DNA of 64,000 bases, taken from assembly GCA_051294375.1 (NCBI GenBank), contig CM119271.1, positions 800,721 through 864,720 of the forward strand. The letters run 5' to 3'. This document shows, piece after piece, positions 48,301-60,856 of this stretch (the first letter of the stretch is position 1; every line of letters starts with the position of its first letter). Under the pieces are notes generated by a model. That model ran no database searches, had not been told where the DNA came from, and saw only the letters and a list, made by a program, of their open reading frames with translations. The position numbers were made by a program, and so were the translations under genes. The DNA is from Paraspadella gotoi. Lineage: Eukaryota; Animalia; Chaetognatha.

Positions 48301-51300
48301 AAAGGAGAGAGGAAGAGGAGGCCGGGAAGAAGAGCGAGTGAAGAAAAAGGCGCGAAAAGAGATGCTGAGATCGAGGATCGGCTCACGGGTCAAGGAGGGA
48401 GGGTTAGTAAAAGAATGCGCGATTCGAATCCATCGGTGAGAGAAGGGATCAGTACGGCAGCAAAGAAATTGTGTAATGAAAACTAAAAAGAGAGGAGTAG
48501 TTTTAGGAGAAAAGATAGAAATTGGTATTGAAATAGTAAACAATAATCAAAAAGTAATGATTAATATAATTAAAATCGAAATGGTTGCATTAAATATTAT
48601 ATTAAAATGGAAATATATATATATCTCTGTGAAATAAAATGAAACGGGATTGTGGGTTACAGAGTGACAATAAGAAATACAGATTAAAACGAAATAAAGG
48701 TAATCATGAAATTACGGAATAATAATAGTGACAAATAGTAGAGTAAATAAAGTAGAGTAGTAACAATAAGAGGAGAGACAATGTCTTGAAATATCTAATT
48801 AGAGTAACCGTGGGGAGATAGTAAAATAGTAAAAGGAAAAATACTAAGGGAAAAAATTACATTAATGTCCCGGTTATCTTGCTAAGAAAATAGATTACCG
48901 ATTTTATATGTTAACAGTACAACACTAAATGTCCCGGATTAGCTAAATAGATAGTGGGTTAGTGATCTTACCTGCTTCTGTTGCTGTGATATTGTCTCTC
49001 TGGCGTTGAGTGAAGAAACAATTTTCCAAATGTTCTAGCATGATAGTTATTCTGTGAATATAGTGTAATATCTATCTCCTCCTGATCTCACATGACCAGG
49101 CTTCGCTCCCTCTCCCTTCTTGAACGTCTCGTCTCTCTCTCTCCTTCTCTCTCTCTCTCTCCCTCTATTTCTCTTTCTCTCTCTTTCTCTCTCTCGCCCA
49201 GGCCAAAATCTCTCTCCCTCGCTGTTACTGCACACTTCACATAGTTACGTGACTAGGCATCGCTAGGAAACAAAAAAACCAGATCTGACTGAGCTCCCTC
49301 TCGACGCTGAGATTGCCCCCCTATTCTCTCTCTCTCTCTCTCTCGCTCCCTCTCTCTCCCTCTCTCTCTTGCTTTCTCTCTCCCCCTCTCTCTCTCTCAC
49401 TTCCTCTCTCTCTCGCATCTTCTCTCCCTCTCACTCCCTCTCCCCGTTTCTTCTTGGTTTCTTTGTCCTTTCTCAGAATGGATACCATTCAATATGAGGA
49501 TGAATACTCTCAATTTTATGAGGAAGCTCCCTGGACCGACGTTGTTTCCCAATCTATTTCAAACATAGAAAACAGGTTTGAGAAATTAGAAAAGGTTCTA
49601 CTAGACAAAATAGTAGGCGTGTATGAGTCCAGAATAGATCAATGGGATACAAGATATTCAAAACTTCGATCTTTGTACGACAAAAGAGGAGACGGACTTC
49701 TTGAGACCAAACAAAAGCTTTATGACTTAACTCAAGAGCTAAAAGAAACTAAGGAGGAACTTTCAGGGATGAAAAACCAAAATGACAAAATTTTACAAAT
49801 TCAGTTAAAACTCGACAACAGTAGCAAGGAACTTAAAGAAAAAGAACTGGAGCTTAACAACGTAAAGAAGCAGCTAAAAGAAAAAATGGATATAGTCGTG
49901 AGAATGGAAAAAGAAAATGAAAAGATTTCACAGTTTCAAATTAAACTCGACAAAAGAAACAAAGAATTTAATGAAAAAGAACTGGAACTTTGCAACATAA
50001 AGCAAGAGCTAATAGAAACAAAGGAAAAGGTCGCGCGAATGGAAATTGAAAATAAAAAGGTCTCACAACTTCAGATAGAGCTTAGTATAAAGGAAAAGGA
50101 ACTGCGTGACATCAAAATAGTGTTAAAGGAGAAAAAAGAAAGTCTGTCAAAAACGGCTCAACCCGAATCGCCGCCCGCCTTGGCCTTGCCCCAAAATGAT
50201 AAGAAAGAAAATTCTACCTCTCTTGTCTTTCCTCCCTCTACTTCAGCCCCCAACTATAAAGGATCGTTTTCAGCGCCCATTCTTCCATCATCTAATCAGA
50301 AATCCGCACGAAGGAGATATGCGCTGATAATGAGAGGACCAATTCCAGAGAAAGCACAGCAAATTTTCTTTTCCCATCAATCTAAAAACTCGGTAACCTG
50401 TCTCTTCTGTAGAAATGACCACTCAATTACCCACTGTTTTCAATTCAGAACTCTTCATTTCAATGACAAAAAATCATTTGCTACTAATCATCGACTCTGT
50501 TTTAGATGTCTGACGCCCGGTCATGTCTCCAAACATTGTCGGTCTAATCGTCATTGTGCTGTCTGCAATGGGTTTCACCATTCGTCACTTCATGATTCAT
50601 CGGTAAAAAAATTCACAGAACGTAGACCTGAGTCACCACCCATATTAGTTCCCATGACGAGGACAACTCTTCCAGCTAGGTTTCCTGCAGCACCAACAGC
50701 AACTTCAACGCCAACAGCAACATCAATTCCAACAGCGTCCCCAACCCCAACAACATCTACAACGCCAGCTGAAATAACATCAACTTTAACTCTCATATGA
50801 TCCGTGACCACTTGTTTAGATATAAAATTTTGCAAACAAAATACACAAATCTGTCGGCAAGGTAATTCAAAGAACAGGGCAGTGCTTATAAAATTTGACT
50901 AGGATTCATTTCATTTCATTCCATTACCAAGGATGAGTGAGGAAGGGTTATCAGGACCCTTTCAGAAACCACGTTCAAAGGATGAACTTACATTTGTTGT
51001 GAAAACCTGGGAAGTAAAGAAAGCCTTACCCAAAGATATTGAATGGAAAGTATCAATTGCTACCCTTAAGTGGGATCTACAAAATTCATAGAAACCTTCT
51101 TGTTGAAATAATAACAAGTTAAGACCCGATGGTGGAATGAGAGAAATAGGTGAGCATGAATCACAAGGATTACTCCAAATACTTAAACCAGAGAATTGCC
51201 TCTCCCTTCTGATGCTTAAAAATACGATGAATGCAACAAAACTCGAAAACTCAAAACAAAAACCCAAAAACCTTACCAAATCAAACTCCAAATCATACCC

Positions 51301-54300
51301 TTCAAAGCGTCTTCTAAGTTCTCGTTATGGCTGTGTCTTAATGACTTAATGACTTGCCCCCTTCTCTGAAACCACCAACAACTTATCTTGAAATTAGTCT
51401 CTACTCTGGCTGAAACCCTTTTTTTTTTTTGCGCAAAAATTTCACATATGACGTTGCCTCTTGCACCATTTCTCTTTTGCGCTTTTGTTTTACTTTCCAA
51501 CTCCCAGGCTAACTTGGTTTTCCGTTGTCTCACTCCTTTATCAATTCTTATTAATTGATACTTTAATTGATTTTGAAATTAATTCCCTTAAAGATCTGAA
51601 CCTTCACTGATTAAATCTCTTAGCTTCAGGTATTTCTCCTGCTGGACTCATTTCCTAGGAACGAAAGATGAGTCATTGGTTCAACCATCATCCATCAAAT
51701 CTACAGTACACTTTATATTAAGTATTGTTGAGTATAAAAAAATTATTTAAGTTAACTGTATGAAAACAAATATTTTTGTTAACCCTATTCTTTCCCTGCC
51801 TTGTTCCTTGCCGAATGTTCACTTTAAAAAAAAGTAAAAAAAAAAATACAATACAATGATTTAGTCAAACTCACTTTCAGAGTAAAAAAGTAAAAAAAAA
51901 AAAAAGGATCGACATTTAAAAATGTCACAATAACATATTTAAACCATTCTCAATTTCATTATCCAGTTAGGTACGGAGTCTGCCTTTAGGCCGAACGAAC
52001 CGGGACGTAACGCCAACGGCGATGACGATGGCGACGATGACGACGACGATGGCGACGATGACGACAACAATAACGATGGCGATCCTCAGATCGCTAAAAA
52101 CCCTTCCTCTTCTCTCATTTCTCCACTTCCTCCCTCTTCCCCACCCCAACCCACTCCCCCCCTTCTCTCTCCTGCGCATCTCCCCTTTTCACGGACTCCA
52201 AATCATTGTAAGAATAAAAACTAAAAATTACCTCCGACTTTAATCTCTCTCGGCGACTCTCAGGACAAATCTCCGTCTTTCTTACGATCTCCCGGTCAAC
52301 GTCATCATTTTTCTCTTCACGGTGATCTGGAGCGACCTCCAAGGGACCAACGTCTTCTCATGTATCTCTTGGGCTCCCCTTTCCCTGCTTCCCCCTCTTT
52401 CCTTTCTGTGTACCATGACCCCCCTTTGTTTTTACTTTTTTTTCTCTAGTTACAGTAAAAGCTGCTGCTTTTAAATCGATTTTCCCTTTGTAAAAAAAGT
52501 CGAATTTGAAATTTGTGATTTAAAATTTTAATTTTGAATTTGAAATAGTTTTTTAAAAAATTTTTCTTTCTTTTCTCAAACGTATATCGCTTCTAGTTTT
52601 ATACTTCCTTGTGTGTTCATTTAGTTGATTTCATATGTTCTTAGTTCAGGATTAGCATCTTTTATTTCCTAGGAAGTTTTACCCAGCACACTTATCACAC
52701 AAGTAAATGGAACAAACACATTCTAACTTAATATGAAACCGAAGAAAGACGTCTGTACAATGTGGATATAACATAAAAACACCTTTGTTTTTTTTTTGTT
52801 CTCCTATTTAATACTCTTTCCCCCTCTCGTTTTAACTGAACTTCTGATAGATTTAGAAACTTAACAAGAGAAGAAAAACAAATTTGAAGATAATAAATGT
52901 ATGGAACGGTAATTCGAAGAAAAGATTCATAAATATAGAAGTTGTTGTCTGCAGCATCATCCATAGCTGTGTTCTTACTGTCGATGAGTTTTTAAAATAT
53001 AATCTTCTAGCTTAGGTGGAAATACTAGAAACTAACTGCACACTAATATGTAATTGGATTAAGTAATACACCTACTCACAAGAGACAGTAATTAGAAACT
53101 AGAATGCCTCTCTTTGTGATTAAATATTTTAACGGTTGGAAGAGAAAAGAAATAGAGAAAAGTTAGTTATCTCTTTTTTAATAATAAAATCTATTTTTAT
53201 ACAATTCTAATAAATCAATTAACCATATATTTCTCAGAGAGAAAAATTCAAATCGAACTTGTTTACCTACAACAAGGGTATGATAAATCAGTCATGTATG
53301 GTTTATATCAAGATAGAAGAAAAAAAAAAAATATCTATATTTCTGACTCGAGTTATAACTAGAGTAAGAGGAGATGCAATTACCACGTATATCCACAGGT
53401 CGGTCCATCGGGCCCGATACTTTCGAGTACAACGAACAGGAAGGAGGGGGGAAGGCAAAGGCGGCGAAAGCGCAGCACCCCTCACTCAAAGATAGCCAAC
53501 ATCGCCAGTAAGTACAAAGTTGGACTTCAAGGGCGAAAAAAATCAATTTCTTCCGCCTCCCACCCTTATCGATGGACCGGAAGATTACTCGCGTCCAGAT
53601 CACCGTGAAGAGAAAAATGATGAACGTTGACCGGGAGTAATTCGTAAGAAATCACGCCGTTGAGATGGTTTCCTGAAGTCGGAGAGAAGATTATCGGAGG
53701 GTAATCTAATTAGGTTTTTTAATTTAATGATTGGAGTCCCGTGAAAGGGGACAGATCGATGACTGCGGCAAAGGCGACTTCCGGCTAGAGACGAGCCCTC
53801 GGGGGGGAGTCATGGTTGGGGTGGGGAAAGAGGGAGCGAAGTGGGAGAACAGAGACGGCACACGAGGTAAGCGCGAGAGTCTCAGTTTCCAATTACGATG
53901 CAATGTTTAAGAGATGAGCTAGCGACCGCAACTCAGTTCTACTTCCGTTAGGCCCGCCCCAGCTCCAAACATCAGCAATCGGTTCCACGCCATCGTTCGA
54001 CCACCATGAGCTCTACACTCCTCGACGTCGGGCCCCATCGGGCATCCGTGCCGCGTTCGGCGTCTACGTGCCCCCTCACCGTCGTTCTCACAGAACTTCG
54101 TCCGGCCACCGCCTCAAGCGACGCATAACATGATGCATGGGCACTAAATGGGAGTATCGCACACTGCTAAGTATGACAGGCAGAAAGGAGTGATTAAAAC
54201 AATCAGTATGAGTTGGGTGGAGACGTTTCTACACCGAGATTGCTGAAATAAAGAGTTATGGGGTTCTTTATTCAAGATATTATAGCCTTTTCACCTTTAC

Positions 54301-57300
54301 CTTATTGCGTGGAGTTGGGACTAAATCTTGTAATTGTTTTTTTTTTATTTTCTTTTAAAGTGAACATTCGGCAAAGGAAGCCACGAGAGCAGCGGAAGTA
54401 TCATCTCGCGGCTCAGGAGCCACTAATCTAACATATCCTCTGCTCTTTTCATCACCAAGCGTCTAATCCCTTACACTAATTCTTTTCACTCTATCAACAC
54501 ATCAGTAATACTAGAATGTAACTGTAGATTCCATGGATGATGGTTGAACCAATGACTCATTCGTTCTCCTAGGAAATGAGTCCAGCAGGAGAAAATACCT
54601 GAAGCTAAGAGATTTAATCAGTGAAGGTTCAGATCTTTAAGGAATATTTAATTCAAAATCAATAATCACAAGTGAATCCAACACTAGAGTCAAGAAGATT
54701 GATAAAGGAATAAGTAGACGAACCAGAAATACGCAGATTTCACGCCTGGGAGTTGGAAGTAAACAAAAGCCGCACAAAGAGAAATGAGTGCAAGAGGCAC
54801 AACCGTCTCCTCCTCTGCTTAATTTCCATCTCTATGTGAATTTTTGCGCAAAAAAAAAAGGGTTTCAGCAGAGTAGAGACTAATTTCAAGATAAGTTGTT
54901 GGTGGTTTCAGAGAAGGGGGCAAGTATTAAGTCATTAAGACACAGCCAGCCACTGTATACGAGATCACTAGCATAATGTACGTTTTATTTAGGCTATGAT
55001 TTTTGCACTTATACGATGTACTATTCGTTGGCCTTATCTCTGTTCGGTATTCTCCTGATTTAAGAGGTGACTTAATGGAATTGTAAACGCCCTATCAGCG
55101 CGAGTATGTCAGCTTATGCCATGTATTTAACCACGTATTGCCTGGCAGTACTTCCTCCCTATGAGTGATTAATTAAATTTCCATATTTAGTTACATCATA
55201 CACTATTCTCCTGCCTCAATTCACACATTCATCGGTCTTAAATCTTATTATATATTTATTTCAAAACGAAGGAAAAGGTATTACAGATATAGAAGTTCAT
55301 GAATCAGATTTCACACTACATTATACGTAGGTCTATATTTGACTTTTCTATTTCATATATTATCTATTGACGTCGGAGGCTTTCTTTCAATTCCCAGATT
55401 TTCAACAACAAATATAAGTTCACCTTTGAACGTGGTTTTGACAAAAGGGTCCATGTAATACACCTACTCTACCATCCATATGGCGATTTACCATAGCGAG
55501 AGATGGATTATGCAACATGTTGATATCATAGTCAACATTCTTATATAGCACTGCCCTCGTATCTCCATTTGCGAAAATTTAAAACCTATTGCAGAGTCCT
55601 AGAGATTCAGTGCCCTATCCACTCATGAGCAATTGGTGTTCAAATAGTGAATATATTTTTTTTTTGTTTTTCCATTTAAACTCATTCCCACTCGGACGAT
55701 TCCATCGAAACTTTATATCCAGCTCAATCACACACTTACCTATCCACACACAAAATTTCATTTAAATCCATCCATCCAATCACGAGTAATTGTGTTTTTT
55801 GCTAAGGTGGGATGACGGACGGACGGACGGACGGACGGACGGACGGACATCATTTTTTTTGCATAATTATCATAATTCGATGTTCTGACATGATATAAGT
55901 GTGTGCCCGACAATATTGAGGGGGCGGACCGACGAACGCGAAAAAGTAGTTATAAGAAGTCGGGATCTGCTGATAAGCAGATCCGACTAAAAATAGGGGC
56001 AGGGAGAGGGAGAAAGAGTGAAAAGAAATTAATATATGGGGATTGGGGAGAATTGTGAAAACGAGAATGATTAAAAGGAAAGTAAAGATAATAAAGAGGG
56101 AAAAAAGAGAATCAGAGAGGGAGAAAAAGCAGAGAAAGAGAGGAAGGGAAAAATGTCAAGGAAGAGAAATATGAGGGCAGAAAAGTCGGAGAAAGAGAGA
56201 GACAGAGAAAAGAGAGAGAAGGTTCAAAAGAGAAAAAAAATAGTGAAAAAAATGGAAAAAGTTTTATAATATAGAGTGCCGTTTTTTTGCCTAAGCAGTA
56301 ATATATCTAAAAAACACCATGAATCTTACGAGCTATTTAATCGATTAAATTGTTTTAGTTTAATCCTAATTTGGGCTGATACCGTAATTAGAATGATTGC
56401 CGTAAAAGAAATCATGTCGTAAATTATAAATTCACCCAGTGAGTTCTATGTTATAAGGAGAAGATAACTATAGCTAGGAACTGACGTCGTTCTTAGAGAT
56501 TGAGGAAGATATTTTCAATAGAGATTTTTGTTCAAATCTGACTACCAAACAATATAAACAAAACAATAAAAATACTTAATTCCGATCCTGTTGTATCTGA
56601 AGGACTCACATTTTTTTTCTCTTGTCAAATCATCAACATCTTGATATCAAACAAGCCAGAACAAATAGACTGGAAAAATTTTTTATCTCTGATTTTATAT
56701 AGAAATGAAAGGGATTTTTTTCCTTGAAAACGATACAAACGTGACTGAGGTATGTTCCTGTTCAACAAATGACGTCCAATTTTGGAATCCTTTGGCAAAG
56801 TGTCTGAAGGGCTCTCAAAATTTGTCTTTACATTTTTTTTGGTTATTTTGATATGATACAATCATGGGAAAGTGAATTAGTTCATTTTGGTGAAATTTTT
56901 ATTAAAATCAAAAGTAAAAGAGGAGCTAACGATCGGAGTTTTTAGAGTTTTCAACCGAGAGTCAGATTCGGTAAAAATCTTCTATGGCGAAAATCTTCCA
57001 AAGAAGGGGTGGATTTTCCAAAGATTTTGGTTAATATTTTCTATATTTATGGTCGGATTTTTTTGAAACTTAATATTAACAATATTGCCATCATTCTACC
57101 TTGGCCGGTATAAGAATATATTAAAAAAACCTATGGCTTTGTTCATCAGAGTTTAGTCCTACTATAGCCAACCGTTTTATCAAATGAAGAATTTTTCATA
57201 TTTATCCGTGAGAACAAAGGAAATTATAATTATTTAAGTTCTAATTTCATTGTTTAAAATACCCGAATCAAAATCACTACCTTATGTCATAATCCAGTTT

Positions 57301-60300
57301 ATTCTCAAATTCGAATCTCACAGCTGCCACCACATTTAAGTAAAAACGAAATCGAAACAAGATTTATTCTGAGAATAATAAAGTGACGGTGAGACACACG
57401 CAGGAGTCCAGATCAATTCTACTGAAACTAAAGAAAGCTTGGTCTATTTATATCTAGAAAAGAAGATCAGAGGCAAGAGTTATTTTGACAGTTCCATGAC
57501 AGTATATGAATAAACTTTTAAATATTGATTAATTAAAAAATAGTTGTGTCCTTTAATTGCTATTGAACATCTCTTTTGATAATAAAAAAGCTAAAAAACA
57601 ATAAAAATTTTATTATAAATGGTCGTTAAACATTGATCAATTTTTTACGCTTATTTGCATATTCGGGCATTTGTTATTCAGCCAGTGGGAAGTAATTAGC
57701 AAACTTTAGGAGAAAAAGTCCTAAAACGTGACATTTTAGCCCAAGCTATTCTTAATTTTTTGACTTGACCTTCATACCCCACTCTATACAATCTAAAATA
57801 AGTGTAGAAAAACCTTTTTAAAAATGCGATCCCATGAATTGTCGACACGAGAGAGTGAAGAACGAAAATGAGAAGGAGAATCCACCCAATGATTATCGTG
57901 TAAGTCTCCCTGGTTTTTACAAAACAATCCTTGGAATTATACATAATTAAATATTTCTATATATTATAGACAAAGCCTATTATTTATTATGAGATAGTAT
58001 AATTAATATGGAATTAACATAGAAAATTAATATATTAAAATGACAGTAAATATTGTTATGTATTAGTGACAAAACCGTTCAATATAAGCAGTCCCTGAGC
58101 CTTGGATCAGGCTGTAACCCCGTATTACAGGCGGGTTGAGCGCCCCGTCCCTCTTAACTGCTAAGCGACCACTGGGCTAGAACCCCGGACCTTTGGGTTG
58201 GGAGGCGAATGACTTGACACCGGCACCAATGGCCGCTGATGAACGGTTGGTGGATTTTAGTCCACCATAATATTTCTTAGACGATAACATTGATCAAAGA
58301 CTTAAAGTATGATGCTATCTAAAAATTAATTAAAAAGTTTAAAATTTTTAGTTATAAACAAAAGAAAGGTTTTATTATATAGTATCTGAATTGTAAAAAA
58401 GTTTTTACCTACAGATTATTATGAAATAAGATAACAATTTTTTTCAGTTTTTCAACTATCACTGAAACTATGTCAGTTTTTGTAAATCGCTTTACAGATT
58501 TACTTACCCCCTGAAAAGTTTTTTCTCCCGATTTTCCCAATTTTTTTTTTCGTCTTCTTTATAACTTTTTCTACCTACTATGAGGATTTGTCTCTTACTT
58601 TTTCTACTATGAGCATTTTCCCTTTACTTTCTATAGAAATTTGCTCTTCTGTCTGCACCCACTAGATATTCACTTGCATTGCTTTACACAAAATAACAAA
58701 TTTTTGCTTGTTATGGTCTTAATAAACCAGATGGCTCCACAAACAAAAGAGCGTTTTTAAAACAAAATAGCAATGAAATTTAGTTTTAGTATATCTTTTC
58801 TGAAACAAAAGAACAGTCCTATTAAATCTTCTTTGTATTTTCACCCTATTCTACTAGAGGGCTTTACAAAACAGGAGGCCTTTTGTAAGACAAAGGAACA
58901 TTCAAAAAAATTTATCTGCACCCACTAGATCTTCACTTGCACCTGCTCTACAACAAAATAGCAAGTTTTTTTAAATTTTTTCATTGTAAATATTTTTAAA
59001 AATAATTTTTTTGTTATTTTTGCAAAATATAAAAATATGCAAAATTACCTGTTTTTCTATTTTCTTGTTGCTTGCATTGTGAATGGCCTTCTTTCGCCGC
59101 TTGCAACATAATCTTAAAAGTATAATGATCTTGCCAAACCTTACTATCAAAAAAATTAATAAAAAGTATTATAATCTAATTTGCATATTGCAGTAAATCA
59201 TGATTAAATAGAAATTCAAACAAAAAATATTTGAATCGATATGAAACAAAAAAATGGACACACATTTTAACTTCCTCACCGCCTCACTAATGGAACTTGA
59301 TAGTTGAAAGTTGAAAAAATGCTGCAAGTTGAAAACATTATGTAAGTTGAAAAAATTATGCAAGGTGAAAAAATATTGCAAATTGAAAAAATTATACAAG
59401 TTGAAAAAATTATGCAAATTAAAAAAATTATGCATGTGTGGCAAGTCATAGGAGGGTCGATATTATTGATATCACGTGACGATGAGGTGACAACTGAGAT
59501 GTGAGATGTCTAAGATGACATGACAATTATCATTTATGATATAGTCCATCGCAGGGAAAAGATCACCTCTAATTTTGAATTGATTGTTTATTTGATTTGT
59601 TGATTAGAATCATTTGATTTGTTGAATTTGAGATAAAAGTTTTTCTCTAGCTTTTTAATGTATTCTTACATTATAGTAGAGTAGATAAAAACATTTGTTG
59701 TGGAGCATAAAAACAATGTATTCAATTCAAGAGTAAAAATCAGTAAAAAATCAGTAAAAACAAAATCAGAAACCAAAGACCCATCTGGTGGAGGATGATT
59801 TTAATTGGATTCGAAAACAAAAGTCTCAGTTGATTTAAAGGTTTAAAAAAGGGATTTGAAGCTTTTATTTTGTGGCTAGCTGGATGGGTAAGTTCGGTGA
59901 ACGAGGCATCCTAGAACCTTAGGCCCGGGTTCGAATCCCGGAGTGGTTAATTTTTTTATATATGATTTAATTGCTACACATGTTGAAAAAATTATGCAAG
60001 TTGAAAAAATTATGCAAGATGAAAAAAATTATACAAGTTAAAAAAATTATGCAACTTGAAAAAATTATACAAGTTGAAAAAATTATACAAGTTGACAAAA
60101 TTATGCAAGTTAAAAAAATTATGCATGTTGAAAAAATTATGCAAGTTGAAAAATTATGCATGATGAAAAAAATATACAAGTTGAAAAAATTACGCAAGTT
60201 GAAAAAATTATGCAGGTTGAAAAAAGTATGCAAGTTGAAAAAATGATAAACGCTAAAAAAATGATAAAAGCTAAAAAAAATAATGCAAGCTAAAAAATTG

Positions 60301-60599
60301 ATACAAGCTGAAAAATAATACATGTTGAAAAAATGAAAAAGTTAAAAAATGATGCAAATTTAAAAAAATATTATTATTGCCGCAGTAACAGTTCAGTTTA
60401 AGCCTTTGAAAGCGATTTACATGTATTGGCGCAGCCACTGGTTATTACTTTGTACTGGTTTAAAATTATTTTACTTTTGCCAAATAATTACTTTGAGAAA
60501 AGTTTTATGTGAATCATCCGCAGGTCCGACAAGACATCAAAGATTTGCAGAACCGACGAGGTTGTGATCCCTATACCCATCTCGATGGACCAGGTTTGC
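35706..60599 (-). CDS. Divergent XK-related (Xkr scramblase-family) multi-pass membrane protein, about 800 aa, 5' end uncertain
   Basis: Exons 60599-60509, 57956-57814, 42327-42208, 41638-41479 and 37595-35706. XK-like motifs appear in order: LQIFDVLSDL, WILLLIFVLHSLVS, FVHIIGLG, IVESYLQLLVQ, SMSISGISLAKMANEY. Phases are consistent for the last three introns; the first donor is non-canonical. Confidence 0.65.
37738..37915 (+). mobile_element. MITE terminus with (GGCTCC)n hexamer arrays
   Basis: CAGGGATGTGGAGCCG end followed by several GGCTCC/AGCTCC blocks; truncated near an assembly gap. Confidence 0.55.
38156..38515. other. Assembly gaps (38156-38255, 38340-38515)
   Basis: Runs of N. Confidence 1.
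40186..40504 (+). mobile_element. Conventional solo LTR (family L3), second copy
   Basis: Homologous to 21362-21563; CT-rich middle; ends CTACA. Confidence 0.45.
40676..41363 (-). mobile_element. Complete TRIM-like non-autonomous LTR element (family F2) with tRNA-derived, twister-containing LTRs
   Basis: 5' LTR 41363-41078 (TGTAG...CACA), 1-nt spacer, PBS TGGTGAGCCCATCC from 41076, 121-bp internal region, PPT-like TGGGGGGCA (40965-40957), 3' LTR 40956-~40676. Each LTR has A-box TGGCTCATTGAG and B-box GGTTCAATCCC. Confidence 0.8.
40743..40822 (-). ncRNA. Type-P5 twister ribozyme (F2, 3' LTR); paralogue at ~41150-41229
   Basis: GCGGG-AA-GCAT-GAGGA-TGGCCG-U^AA-GCC-GC-CTTGGGGGT/ACCCTCAAG-CCTGG-UUCCAAGC-CCAGG-GA-CCC. 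T1 is UCC/GGA, a double compensatory change relative to CCG/CGG in F1. Confidence 0.72.
42716..44403 (+). mobile_element. DINE-1/HINE-like element (family H1)
   Basis: TTTTAGTCGGTTCTGCTTATCAGCAGA head hairpin, (GTCC)n, ~130-bp internal direct repeats, 3' GAGCAGAGCC subterminal inverted match at ~44387-44396. Confidence 0.6.
45150..45253 (+). mobile_element. F1b LTR derivative lacking the twister
   Basis: GATTCAGCAG...GACCCGGGTTCGCGCCCTG joined directly to TTCGCGGCATCGT...TACA; matches 33455-33527 and 33632-33650. Confidence 0.6.
45808..46763. repeat. ~45-bp inverted repeats bounding ~950 bp
   Basis: ATTATCGTAGGCAGATCCGACATTGTTGCTCAAACTTGTTT / AAACAAGTTTGAGCAAACAATGTCGGATCTGCCTACGATAAT. Confidence 0.7.
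46780..47233. repeat. 18-bp tandem satellite (AACTGGCATAATTTGGTC)n
   Basis: About 25 units; the same unit on the other strand at 63880-64000 and 30010-30150. Confidence 0.9.
47271..48090. other. Assembly gap
   Basis: Run of N. Confidence 1.
49478..50800 (+). CDS. BEL/Pao-type Gag-like protein (coiled coil, three zinc knuckles, Pro/Thr tail), 440 aa
   Basis: First ATG at 49478 (MDTIQY...). Long E/K/L heptad region; CLFCRNDHSITHC, CFRCLTPGHVSKHC and CAVCNGFHHSSLH form the BEL/Pao triple knuckle. No protease or RT downstream. Confidence 0.75.
   Translation: MDTIQYEDEYSQFYEEAPWTDVVSQSISNIENRFEKLEKVLLDKIVGVYESRIDQWDTRYSKLRSLYDKRGDGLLETKQKLYDLTQELKETKEELSGMKNQNDKILQIQLKLDNSSKELKEKELELNNVKKQLKEKMDIVVRMEKENEKISQFQIKLDKRNKEFNEKELELCNIKQELIETKEKVARMEIENKKVSQLQIELSIKEKELRDIKIVLKEKKESLSKTAQPESPPALALPQNDKKENSTSLVFPPSTSAPNYKGSFSAPILPSSNQKSARRRYALIMRGPIPEKAQQIFFSHQSKNSVTCLFCRNDHSITHCFQFRTLHFNDKKSFATNHRLCFRCLTPGHVSKHCRSNRHCAVCNGFHHSSLHDSSVKKFTERRPESPPILVPMTRTTLPARFPAAPTATSTPTATSIPTASPTPTTSTTPAEITSTLTLI
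50870..55560. repeat. Large inverted duplication (arms ~50870-52335 and ~53590-55560), right arm indel-rich
   Basis: 51330-51440 matches revcomp 54835-54950; 51590-51710 matches revcomp 54520-54650; 52090-52330 matches revcomp 53590-53850. Confidence 0.8.
55612..55992 (-). mobile_element. H1 HINE copy
   Basis: Reverse complement of 42716-43080, including (GGAC)n. Confidence 0.65.
58036..58267 (-). mobile_element. tRNA/twister solo LTR, family F1, copy D (232 bp; L4 mutated to UCCAAGGC)
   Basis: Colinear with copy C and the same length; degenerate TSD. Confidence 0.8.
59305..60360. repeat. 18-bp satellite (GTTGAAAAAATTATGCAA)n, blocks 59305-59435 and 59980-60360
   Basis: Tandem units related to the 46780 satellite. 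Confidence 0.85.
59875..59948 (+). other. tRNA-like/SINE head remnant
   Basis: B-box in a T-arm hairpin CCGGGTTCGAATCCCGG; no complete cloverleaf. Confidence 0.4.
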
Positions 60600-60856
60600 C
60601 TGTGATTGAAATTTATCTATTTTTAGGTTTTTAAATAATTATTACGAAAAAAATATTTTTGCACTAAAACAAATAAATAAAAAAACTATGGAAGGTTGAA
60701 TTCCTAGACAAAATGTAAGAAGGGTATTAATTTTAAATTAAAATTTAAAAATAAACGTAAAAATTTTACTGTACATACTTATTAAACTTAATTATTCTCT
60801 TTATATAATGTAATGGTAAGTGGGATGTTAGTGTTGTCGTCTGGAAATAGATCGAG

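Noticed and set aside
49313-49477. N-terminal 55 aa of the 495-aa ORF
   Set aside because: Non-ATG start within a (CT)n tract; the first ATG is at 49478.
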